Source: Bacillota bacterium
GTDB taxonomy: Bacteria > Bacillota > Sulfobacillia > DUSP01 > DYEP01
Length of the DNA stretch: 64,000 nt
Assembly (NCBI GenBank): GCA_040755615.1
Contig: JBFMAL010000010.1
Span: 4,934 to 68,933, forward strand
Direction of reading: 5' to 3'
Shown here: positions 53,087-64,000 of the stretch, piece by piece
Numbering within the stretch: position 1 is the stretch's first letter
How the letters are laid out: the number at the start of each line of letters is the position of its first letter
Translations under genes and position numbers: made by a program
The notes under the pieces: generated by a model
Told to the model about the DNA's origin: nothing
What the model saw: only the letters and a program-made list of their open reading frames with translations
Database searches by the model: none

Positions 53087-53122
53087 ACGGCAGGGGGCTC
53101 TTTTTCGCCCCCCGTCTTTTTT
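53086..53122 (+). terminator. Hairpin with T6 tract between gap and pgk (partial terminator/attenuator)
   Basis: GACGGCAGGGGGC...GCCCCCCGTC followed by TTTTTT. Confidence 0.6.
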
Positions 53123-53139
53123 GAAATGGAGGGACTTTC

Positions 53140-54309
53140 TTGAGAACCGTTCGCGATTGTGACGTTAGGGACAAAAAGATCTTGGTCAGGGTGGATTTCA
53201 ACGTTCCCATAGAGGCTGGCGCCGTGACCGATAACACCCGAATCCGCGCATCGCTTCCGACGCTGCAGTATCTGCTGGAAAAGGGGGCGCGGCTTTCGTG
53301 CATCTCCCATCTCGGAAGACCCAAAGGCAAGGTCGTGGACGCATATCGCATGGACCCAGTAGCTCTTGAACTGTCAAAGCTGCTTGGCCGGAAGGTGGTC
53401 AAGCTCGATGACTGCGTGGGCGACATGGTGAAGGAGGCGGTAGAGTCTGCAGAGCCGGGGACGGTCATACTCCTTGAAAACGTCAGGTTCCATTCGGAAG
53501 AAGAGAAGAACGACCCTGGATTCGCTGCCGAGCTGGCGCGAGGGTTTGACCTGTTTGTGAACGACGCATTTGGTGCGGCACACAGGGCGCATGCGTCCAC
53601 AGAAGGTGTGACGCACTACCTGCCCTCCTATGCCGGATTCCTTCTTGAGAAGGAAGTCTCTGTACTAAGCGAGCTGCTCAATGCCCCCAGGAGACCGTTC
53701 GCTGCCATCATAGGAGGAGCTAAGGTCTCCGACAAGATAGAGGTCATTACAAACCTGCTTCAGAGAGTGGATCTCATGCTTCTTGGCGGCGGGATGGCCA
53801 ATACGTTCTTAATGGCCAAAGGCATCGACGTGGGCCGGAGCCTTGCCGAAGCTGACAAAGTGGGCCTGGCCGGGGAGATACTCGCGCGCCACGCGCAGGT
53901 AGTACTGCCCATAGACTGCGTGGTGGCGCCTTCTCTCGATGCTGGGGAAGAGGCGAAGGTCGTTGCAGCAGACCAGGTGCCCCCAGGCTTTATGATACTG
54001 GACATCGGGCCGGAGACGGTGAAGCTGTTCGCCGACAGACTGGCCGGGGCCGGCACAGTGTTCTGGAATGGTCCTATGGGGGTATTCGAAAAGGAGGCCT
54101 TCGCTGCGGGCACCCGCGGAGTCGCCCGGGCGGTGGCCGGGCTTGGAGCGAGGACAGTGGTAGGCGGGGGCGACTCAATAGCAGCCTTGCAACAGTCAGG
54201 CCTTTCCGATAGGATATGGCATATTTCTACTGGGGGTGGGGCTTCACTTGAATTCCTCGAAGGGAAAGTGCTGCCCGGCATCGCCCGCCTGGAGGATGAG
54301 CAGTCATGA
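53140..54309 (+). CDS. pgk: Phosphoglycerate kinase
   Basis: RVDFNVP, LSHLGRPKG and GGGDS motifs. Confidence 0.95.
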   Translation: MRTVRDCDVRDKKILVRVDFNVPIEAGAVTDNTRIRASLPTLQYLLEKGARLSCISHLGRPKGKVVDAYRMDPVALELSKLLGRKVVKLDDCVGDMVKEAVESAEPGTVILLENVRFHSEEEKNDPGFAAELARGFDLFVNDAFGAAHRAHASTEGVTHYLPSYAGFLLEKEVSVLSELLNAPRRPFAAIIGGAKVSDKIEVITNLLQRVDLMLLGGGMANTFLMAKGIDVGRSLAEADKVGLAGEILARHAQVVLPIDCVVAPSLDAGEEAKVVAADQVPPGFMILDIGPETVKLFADRLAGAGTVFWNGPMGVFEKEAFAAGTRGVARAVAGLGARTVVGGGDSIAALQQSGLSDRIWHISTGGGASLEFLEGKVLPGIARLEDEQS

Positions 54310-55064
54310 GAAAGCTCATGATGGCTGCGAACTGGAAGATGAACAAGACTTCAGAGGAAGCGCTGCAGTTTGTCAGGGATTTCTTGCGCATGTCGCCACC
54401 CGTCAGCGAAGTCGATGTGGTGATTTTTCCGCCGTTCACGGCGATTTACCCGCTGTCCCGGGCGCTTGACAAGACCGGTGTGTACTTAGGTGCCCAGAAC
54501 ATGTACTATGAGACCTCGGGCGCTTTCACAGGGGAGATTTCGGGGGATATGCTTGCGGCCGAGGGGGTAACTTACGTTATCATTGGTCATTCAGAGCGCC
54601 GGCACATCCTGGGTGAATCCGACGCCGTGATTGCAAAAAAGATTCGTGCGGCGCTTAAGAGTGGACTGACGCCGGTGCTGTGCGTGGGGGAAACCCTGCA
54701 GGAGAGGGAAGCGGGCGATGCCGCTGCCGTGGTCACCCGCCAGCTGAAGGCCGCTCTCTCGGGCATGGGCGGGGATCTGCCGCTGGTTGTGGCATACGAA
54801 CCGGTCTGGGCCATAGGGACTGGCAAGACGGCGAGTGAAGCGGATGCCCAGGAGATGGCGGCGCTGATACGGAAAGAGCTCGCTTCCATCACGGCAGCGG
54901 CGGAGTGCATGCGCATCCTGTACGGCGGAAGCGTGACACCTGACAATGTAGGGCTGTTCTTGCAAAGCCGGGACATTGATGGCGCTCTTGTAGGCGGCGC
55001 AAGCCTGGATCCTGGTTCATTCTACAGACTCTCCGTGGCGGCGAAGGCCGAGGGGAGGACATAG
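54306..55064 (+). CDS. tpiA: Triosephosphate isomerase
   Basis: ANWKMN, IGHSERR and AYEPVWAIGTG motifs. Confidence 0.95.
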   Translation: MRKLMMAANWKMNKTSEEALQFVRDFLRMSPPVSEVDVVIFPPFTAIYPLSRALDKTGVYLGAQNMYYETSGAFTGEISGDMLAAEGVTYVIIGHSERRHILGESDAVIAKKIRAALKSGLTPVLCVGETLQEREAGDAAAVVTRQLKAALSGMGGDLPLVVAYEPVWAIGTGKTASEADAQEMAALIRKELASITAAAECMRILYGGSVTPDNVGLFLQSRDIDGALVGGASLDPGSFYRLSVAAKAEGRT

Positions 55065-55271
55065 ACGCTGCGGCCGCTGGTGTAAACCAGCAGCAGGACT
55101 TAACAACGGCTCAATGTGTAGGATGTCAGCACGGGCTGGCCGTGTGGCCAAACTGCTGTCTTGGATAGATACGGTACCGTCAGGCGGATACTCTGGTTGG
55201 TGTACAAGAAACTGGCGGGCGGACGCCCGCATACGTTTCTTCCGCGACGGCCAAAAGAGAAGGAATCGGTG

Positions 55272-58108
<2,837 letters not shown>

Positions 58109-58165
58109 ATTGTTTTTTGCATATACCTATGCTACAATAACCATCGTTGAAAGGAGGTTATCCAT

Positions 58166-58396
58166 GTGCTCACTTCCGTTGTGATTGCGTTTCATGCCCT
58201 TTTAACTGTAGGTCTTATCGCGGTCATTCTCATGCAGTCCGGAAAATCTGCCGGACTGGGTTCGCTGGGAGGTGGCGGCGAAACCATATTCGGCAAGAAG
58301 AGAAAGGGATTTGATCAGATGCTCTCCAGGGCGACTGTATGGCTCGCGGCGTTCTTTATGATATCCGCCCTCCTGGTTTCCATCATCAGAGGCTAA
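58166..58396 (+). CDS. secG: Preprotein translocase subunit SecG
   Basis: 76 aa with two TM helices and LMQSGKSAGLG. GTG start 8 nt after AAGGAGG. Confidence 0.85.
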   Translation: MLTSVVIAFHALLTVGLIAVILMQSGKSAGLGSLGGGGETIFGKKRKGFDQMLSRATVWLAAFFMISALLVSIIRG

Positions 58397-58466
58397 ATCC
58401 TTTGAACACGTGCTGCGACGTCTCCAACTGTCGCAAATGTTATAAGGACTGGAGGTCAAGGAATAC

Positions 58467-60467
58467 ATGCAACAGTTCTTCCCACTAATCCCCGCAGCGG
58501 GCCTTTTGGCACTGCTGTTTGCCTACGTCCTGTCAGCCCGGATAAACCGTGCGGAAGCCGGAACCGCCAGGATGATTGAGATCTCCGACGCGATCCACGA
58601 GGGAGCCATGGCGTTCCTCCGCCGGGAGTACCGTTCCCTCTTTGTCTTCGTGATAGTAGTGACGCTCGCCATTTTGGCCGCGGGCCTCATCACCCCGGCG
58701 GAGAGCATGCAGCCCGAGACGGCGCTTGCGTTTGCTGCCGGTGCATTTGCGTCTGCGCTTGCCGGTTACATAGGCATGAAGGTGGCCACTCGCGCTAACG
58801 TCCGCACCGCAAACGCGGCCCGCAAGGGGCTGAACCAGGCGCTGAGCATTGCGTTTTCGGGCGGCGCAGTGATGGGAATGACGGTGGTGGGCCTCGGGCT
58901 GTTTGGGCTCGCCGCCATGTACTACCTCTTTGGCGATCCGTCAGACCTGAACAGCTTTAAGATCATCAACGGCTTTGCCTTCGGCGCCAGTTCCATTGCG
59001 CTGTTCGCCCGCGTGGGCGGAGGGATATACACAAAGGCGGCTGACGTCGGTGCGGACCTTGTAGGCAAGGTCGAGGCAGGAATACCGGAGGACGACCCGA
59101 GGAATCCTGCTGTCATCGCCGATAACGTCGGGGACAACGTGGGCGATGTAGCCGGAATGGGCGCTGACCTCTTCGAATCATACGTGGGGTCTATCATTGC
59201 CGCCATGGGCATTGGCGCGGCGCTCCACGGGCTGCAGGGTGTGATCTTCCCCATGCTCGTCGCCGCGGCTGGCATCCTATCTGCAATCGTCGGCACATTC
59301 TTTGTGAGAACGGGCCCGGGCGCAGACCCTGCCGGCGCGTTGCGGATGGGAACCTACAGCGCAGGGTTGCTTGCGGTTCTGGCGACACTTGGCCTCTCGT
59401 GGTTGTTCATGAACTCGCTCACTCTGTTCTATGCGACTGCTGCCGGGCTCATCGCCGGTATCCTTATCGGAGTCCTCACGGAGTACTACACGTCGGGGGA
59501 CAGGCCGCCGGTCCGGAGCATTGCCGAAGCGTCTCAGACCGGCCCCGCCACCAACATCATCGCAGGACTCGCTGTGGGGATGAAGAGCACCGCGTGGCCC
59601 ATCATCGTAATAGCTATCGCGATCCTTATCGCCTACAAGTTCGCAGGCCTTTACGGTATCGCGCTTGCAGCGGTAGGTATGCTTTCCACAGCGGGTATGA
59701 CGGTATCCGTTGATGCCTACGGTCCCATCGCGGATAACGCGGGAGGCATATCGGAGATGTCAGGACTGCCGAAAGACGTCAGGAAGATCACCGATACCCT
59801 GGATGCGGTCGGCAATACAACGGCAGCGATCGGCAAGGGGTTTGCGATCGGATCTGCAGCACTGACAGCACTCGCTCTGTTCTCCGCATACAGCCAAGCT
59901 GCTGACCTGACCGCCATCAACATACTGTCTCCTGCTGTGATCGCGGGCGTATTCATCGGTGGCATGCTTCCGTTCCTGTTCTCTTCCATGGCCATGCAGG
60001 CAGTGGGTAAGGCTGCCTTTGAGATGATCGGTGAGGTCCGGAGGCAGTTTAAGGAGATCGTCGGCTTGATGGACGGAAAAGCGAGACCGGACTACGCCAG
60101 GTGCGTCGATATCAGCACGGGAGCAGCGCTGAAACAGATGATCGTGCCCGGCCTCCTGGCAGTGGTCACGCCGCTTGTCATAGGTTTGGTGCTAGGCCGG
60201 GAAGCGCTCGGAGGCCTGCTAGCAGGCACACTGGTGACGGGCGTGCTGGTAGCCATCCAGATGGCGAATTCAGGCGGGGCGTGGGACAATGCGAAGAAAT
60301 ACATTGAAGCGGGAAACTATGGAGGGAAGGGGACTGCGACCCACTCGGCTGCCGTAGTGGGCGATACGGTGGGTGACCCGTTCAAGGATACCGCAGGACC
60401 GTCACTGAACATCCTCATAAAGCTCATGAGCATCGTGGCGCTGGTATTCGCACCCCTGTTCCGGTAA
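58467..60467 (+). CDS. hppA: Membrane-bound ion-translocating pyrophosphatase (K+-dependent type by the GNTTAA motif)
   Basis: DNVGDNVGD and [16 protein letters not shown] (Ala rather than Lys at the K+-dependence position). About 16 TM helices. Confidence 0.9.
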   Translation: MQQFFPLIPAAGLLALLFAYVLSARINRAEAGTARMIEISDAIHEGAMAFLRREYRSLFVFVIVVTLAILAAGLITPAESMQPETALAFAAGAFASALAGYIGMKVATRANVRTANAARKGLNQALSIAFSGGAVMGMTVVGLGLFGLAAMYYLFGDPSDLNSFKIINGFAFGASSIALFARVGGGIYTKAADVGADLVGKVEAGIPEDDPRNPAVIADNVGDNVGDVAGMGADLFESYVGSIIAAMGIGAALHGLQGVIFPMLVAAAGILSAIVGTFFVRTGPGADPAGALRMGTYSAGLLAVLATLGLSWLFMNSLTLFYATAAGLIAGILIGVLTEYYTSGDRPPVRSIAEASQTGPATNIIAGLAVGMKSTAWPIIVIAIAILIAYKFAGLYGIALAAVGMLSTAGMTVSVDAYGPIADNAGGISEMSGLPKDVRKITDTLDAVGNTTAAIGKGFAIGSAALTALALFSAYSQAADLTAINILSPAVIAGVFIGGMLPFLFSSMAMQAVGKAAFEMIGEVRRQFKEIVGLMDGKARPDYARCVDISTGAALKQMIVPGLLAVVTPLVIGLVLGREALGGLLAGTLVTGVLVAIQMANSGGAWDNAKKYIEAGNYGGKGTATHSAAVVGDTVGDPFKDTAGPSLNILIKLMSIVALVFAPLFR

Positions 60468-60489
60468 GCGGGGAGGTATTGTTCAGGAA

Positions 60490-61041
60490 GTGAACAGAGA
60501 AGAAGCGCTTACTCTGGTGAGGCAACGGATCAAGAACAAGAACCTGGTAAAGCACATCCTGGCCGTAGAAGCTGTGATGCGGGCACTTGCGAACAGGTTT
60601 GGGGAAGACCCTGAACGCTGGGGCCTCGCCGGACTTTTGCATGATATCGATTATGAGGAAACGGCGGAAGACCCGCAGCGCCACTCCAAGGTGGGTGCGG
60701 ACTTCATACACTCCCTTGGCGTGGAAGAGGAAATTGTTGATGCAGTGAGGTCCCACAACGAGGCCCATGGCATACCTCGGGAGACTCTGATGCAAAAAGC
60801 GCTTTATAGTGCGGATCCACTTACGGGACTGATCGTGGCATGTGCTCTCGTGCATCCCGAAAAGAGGCTTGAGCCTTTAACCGCAGAATTCGTGATGAAA
60901 AGGTTCGGAGAGAAGGCGTTTGCAAGGGGTGCGAGCAGACACGTGATCAGCGCGTGTGCAGATATGGGACTTGCGCTTGAGGAGTTTATCAGTATCGGTC
61001 TTGATGCCATGAAGCATATCCACACCGAACTCGGGCTGTAA
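60490..61041 (+). CDS. HD-domain metal-dependent phosphohydrolase
   Basis: H...HD motif (KHILAVE...GLLHDIDYE). Confidence 0.75.
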   Translation: MNREEALTLVRQRIKNKNLVKHILAVEAVMRALANRFGEDPERWGLAGLLHDIDYEETAEDPQRHSKVGADFIHSLGVEEEIVDAVRSHNEAHGIPRETLMQKALYSADPLTGLIVACALVHPEKRLEPLTAEFVMKRFGEKAFARGASRHVISACADMGLALEEFISIGLDAMKHIHTELGL

Positions 61042-63218
61042 TGGACAGACAGAAGATCATCGCGTTCATGACGGATAAGAAGTACAAACCCATGACCCTG
61101 GAGGAGCTCCAGTATGAATTCGGAGTTTTAGCCGACAGGGCTTCTTTCTTTCAGAAGGTGCTAAAGAGTCTCGAACACGAGGGGAAAGTGGTCCGCACGA
61201 GGACCGGCAAGTATGCCGTACCCGAGAGGCTGAATCTGATTGCAGGAACGTACAGGGGCCATCCCCGGGGATTCGGGTTCCTGGTGTGCGATGCGGGCGG
61301 GAATGACGTTTTCATTCCCCAGAAGGATTCGCTAGGGGCCATGAACAACGATCGCGTCCTGGTACGCGTTAGGCGACTGCCAGGGAGGTACGACTCAGCC
61401 GAGGGTGAAGTGGTTCGTATAGTGAAACGCGCCAACCGCACTGTTGTCGGGACATACGAGGGCGGAAAGCACTTCGGCTACGTCCAGCCGGACGAAAGAA
61501 GGCTTCCATTTGACATCTATGTGCCAAAAGGCGCGGAGCGCAACGCCCGTTCAGGCGACAAAGTGATCGTATCCATCACCAGGTGGCCCGAGGTACACCG
61601 CAATCCCGAGGGAGAAGTCATCGAGGTTCTGGGGCAGAGGGACGATCCCGGGGTGCAGACGCGTATGACCATGGAGAAATTCGGCCTTTCGCCAGAATTT
61701 GATAAAGAAGTTCTGTTCTGGGCCTCCTCTTTGCCTTCAGATATTCGGGCTGAGGACGTACGCGGGAGAGAGGATTTCCGGGATACGCCTACCGTCACCA
61801 TTGATGGCGAGGACGCCAGAGATTTTGATGACGCCGTGTCAATCCGAAAAACCCATTCCGGCTGGGAACTGTCGGTGCATATCGCTGACGTCTCCCATTA
61901 CGTTACTGAGGGTTCGCCTGCAGACAGTGAGGCTGCGCGACGGGGATGTACGGTCTACCTGGTCGAAAAAGCCTTGCATATGCTGCCCGAACAGCTGGCA
62001 ACTGATCTTTGCAGCCTGAAGGAAGGCCAGGACCGGCTGACGGTCTCAGTGATCATGGAGATTGACTTTTCCGGGGATGTACTGTCTTACCGGTTTGCCG
62101 AGAGCGTGATCACAAACAAGAAGCGCCTTACCTACACTGAGGTGCAGGATGCGTTTGAGGGGAGGTCCGCACATCTCCCCGGAGATCTCCGTGGGATGCT
62201 CTGGCAGATGAAGACCCTGGCCGAGATCCTGAGGGAGAAGAGGATGGCGCGCGGAAGCCTGGATTTGGACTTTCAGGAAGAGAAGGTCATAATGGACGAG
62301 GACGGCAGGGTGACGGGTATCGAGGTGCGTAGACGGACATGGGCGGAACAGGTGATCGAGGAGTTCATGATCAAAGCGAATGAGGTAGTAGCCGAGCACT
62401 GCTACCGGTCGGGAATTCCTTTCATCTACCGCGTTCACGAAGAACCGGAGCCCGAGAAGATGCAGAAACTGCTATATGTATTGTCTTCGATGGGGATACG
62501 GCTGGAGGCGGGCAGGAAGGTCCGCCCGGGCATGCTGCAGAAGACCATCGAGAAGGCGAAGGGCACCCCGGCTGAACTGCCGGTGAGCCAGATGTGCCTC
62601 AGGTCGCTGAAGAAGGCAAGGTACTCGGCAGAACACGGAAAGCACTACGGGCTCGCATCGGATTACTACACGCACTTCACCTCCCCGATAAGGAGGTACC
62701 CCGATCTATGGGCTCACAGATTGCTCAAAGAGATGCTGCATACAAAGCGCTGGTCGGCACAAAGAATAGACTATCTTGAAAAGGTACTGCCCGAGATCGC
62801 GCACCAGTCGTCGATCATGGAGAGGGTGGCCGAGGAAGCGGAAAGGGACAGCCTGGAGCAGAAGAAGCTCGAATACATCAAGGGATTTGTAGGTTGCACG
62901 TTTAATGGTATAATTGTCGGGGTTGTCGACTACGGCCTTTACGTGAGGCTGGAAAACTCGGTAGAAGGGCTGGTACATGCCAGCACGCTCATGGACGATT
63001 TGTACTCTTTCGATACCGAGCGAATGATCGCTTTCGGTGAGATGACGCGAAAGAAACTCAGACTGGGGGACAAGGTGGTCGTTAAGCTGCTTGATGTCGA
63101 CGTGGATGAACGCCGTGTCGATCTGTCGCTCGTAAGGGGAAGCAGCGAAAGGGCAATGGGGGTCGCACGCAGTGAAAAGGCCGGGAAGAAAAATCGTGTG
63201 CGAAAACAGAAAAGCTAG
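61041..63218 (+). CDS. rnr: Ribonuclease R
   Basis: Cold-shock/OB N-terminal domains, the RNB catalytic domain (TIDGEDARDFDDAVS, HFTSPIRRYPD), and a C-terminal S1 domain with a basic tail. Confidence 0.9.
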   Translation: MDRQKIIAFMTDKKYKPMTLEELQYEFGVLADRASFFQKVLKSLEHEGKVVRTRTGKYAVPERLNLIAGTYRGHPRGFGFLVCDAGGNDVFIPQKDSLGAMNNDRVLVRVRRLPGRYDSAEGEVVRIVKRANRTVVGTYEGGKHFGYVQPDERRLPFDIYVPKGAERNARSGDKVIVSITRWPEVHRNPEGEVIEVLGQRDDPGVQTRMTMEKFGLSPEFDKEVLFWASSLPSDIRAEDVRGREDFRDTPTVTIDGEDARDFDDAVSIRKTHSGWELSVHIADVSHYVTEGSPADSEAARRGCTVYLVEKALHMLPEQLATDLCSLKEGQDRLTVSVIMEIDFSGDVLSYRFAESVITNKKRLTYTEVQDAFEGRSAHLPGDLRGMLWQMKTLAEILREKRMARGSLDLDFQEEKVIMDEDGRVTGIEVRRRTWAEQVIEEFMIKANEVVAEHCYRSGIPFIYRVHEEPEPEKMQKLLYVLSSMGIRLEAGRKVRPGMLQKTIEKAKGTPAELPVSQMCLRSLKKARYSAEHGKHYGLASDYYTHFTSPIRRYPDLWAHRLLKEMLHTKRWSAQRIDYLEKVLPEIAHQSSIMERVAEEAERDSLEQKKLEYIKGFVGCTFNGIIVGVVDYGLYVRLENSVEGLVHASTLMDDLYSFDTERMIAFGEMTRKKLRLGDKVVVKLLDVDVDERRVDLSLVRGSSERAMGVARSEKAGKKNRVRKQKS

Positions 63219-63642
63219 GCACGATTACTTTCTCGAGGATTTCTACGAGGCGGGTATATCGTTGACGGGCACGGAGGTGAAATCCCTCCGCGAGGGCAGG
63301 GCGAATTTGCGGGACAGTTACTGCGAATTCAGAGGGAACGGCGTCTATCTGGTTAATATGCATATCAGCCCTTACAGCAAGGCATCGTTCCGGGATAACC
63401 ATGAACCTTTAAGGCCACGACGGCTGCTGTTGCACAAGTACGAAATACTGAAACTGGCAAACCGAGTGAGGGAAAAGGGATATACACTTATCCCCGTCAC
63501 GATATATTTCAACGAACGCGGTTACGCCAAGGCGGAAATCGCGCTGGCAAAAGGGAAGAGGCAGTACGACAAGAGAGACGATATGCTTGAGAGAGACGCC
63601 AAGAGACGCATCGACCGTGCCCTGAAGGAAAGATACAGGTAG
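63172..63642 (+). CDS. smpB: SsrA-binding protein SmpB
   Basis: ENRKARHDYF, GTEVKSLR and LLLHK motifs. The start is GTG 63172 or GTG 63196. Confidence 0.9.
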   Translation: MKRPGRKIVCENRKARHDYFLEDFYEAGISLTGTEVKSLREGRANLRDSYCEFRGNGVYLVNMHISPYSKASFRDNHEPLRPRRLLLHKYEILKLANRVREKGYTLIPVTIYFNERGYAKAEIALAKGKRQYDKRDDMLERDAKRRIDRALKERYR

Positions 63643-63727
63643 GGTTGGTCTCCTCTGATCTTTCATGAACTACCAGTATCATAAAGAGGTGCCAAGAGAC
63701 AATACTATCCTTAAGGGAGTGGTCAGG

Positions 63728-64000
63728 TTGCTTAAAATTAAGGATAGAATTGTTCTTGGCATTATCGCGGGCTTATCCGGGAACCTCGTCAAGATGGGCA
63801 TTGATGAGTTGTGGATGCGGATTAAGATACCCAAGCGCTCCTTTCGAGAGACAGCGGCCGGGGCTTGGGTATGGAATAGAGGAGAAGCGCGGAGCCTGAA
63901 GGGTCAAGCCTTCGGATTGATACTTGATTCTTGGATGGCTTCGCTCGGTGGAATCGGTGCAGTCTATATGCTTTCAAAGACGGGAAAAGATCAGCTTCTA
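63728..64000 (+). CDS. Partial ORF (5' part), hypothetical membrane protein; runs off the window
   Basis: 91 open codons from a TTG preceded by GGGAG, with hydrophobic segments (IVLGIIAGLSGNLV, ASLGGIGAVYML). No recognisable family. Confidence 0.35.
   Translation, partial: MLKIKDRIVLGIIAGLSGNLVKMGIDELWMRIKIPKRSFRETAAGAWVWNRGEARSLKGQAFGLILDSWMASLGGIGAVYMLSKTGKDQLL

Overview
This is a 64-kb, almost fully coding chromosomal segment. It looks like a moderately GC-rich Gram-positive-type anaerobe (Bacillota/Clostridia-like). That placement is an inference from bacillithiol genes, the Bacillus-like gap-pgk-tpiA-gpmI-eno-secG...rnr-smpB order, strong GGAGG ribosome-binding sites and frequent GTG/TTG starts.

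Left third (1-23.5 kb), amino-acid fermentation:
- The tail of a sigma-54-dependent activator is followed by lysine 2,3-aminomutase.
- A sigma-54 promoter then drives a corrinoid protein, a non-pyrrolysine MttB-family methyltransferase, a methyl-THF methyltransferase and an NhaC transporter.
- Next is an 11-gene co-directional operon. It holds the complete oxidative ornithine (Stickland) pathway: ord, ortA, ortB, oraS, oraE, a GlmL-like reactivase and orr.
- That operon runs on without a break into an AmmeMemoRadiSam-type pair (a LigB-like/AMMECR1 fusion plus a radical SAM enzyme), ornithine carbamoyltransferase and a P-loop protein resembling cyclic-2,3-diphosphoglycerate synthetase.
- A second unit repeats the theme: an Orr-like racemase paralog, a membrane GT2 glycosyltransferase with a large insertion, and a close paralog of the P-loop protein.

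Middle (23.5-48.5 kb):
- An oxidative-stress cluster on the minus strand: Rrf2, ferredoxin, PerR-like Fur and reverse rubrerythrin, with two identical palindromic operators.
- tRNA-Arg(CCG), and a DUF1893 gene translationally coupled to an M20 carbamoyl-amino-acid amidohydrolase.
- Divergent bshB1/bshA, and an archaemetzincin-DUF523 fusion.
- A peptide-type ABC importer with no ATPase genes.
- argG-argH plus a coupled unknown ORF, an unannotated 50-codon ORF, and an HprK-like P-loop/Asp23 fusion.

Right part (48.6-64 kb):
- rpoN followed directly by a mannose-family PTS that lacks EIIA.
- The glycolytic operon, secG, a membrane pyrophosphatase, RNase R and smpB. No tmRNA gene appears before the window ends.

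I saw no CRISPR arrays, transposases, integrases or rRNA genes. All homology calls come from motif recognition by eye; no searches were run.
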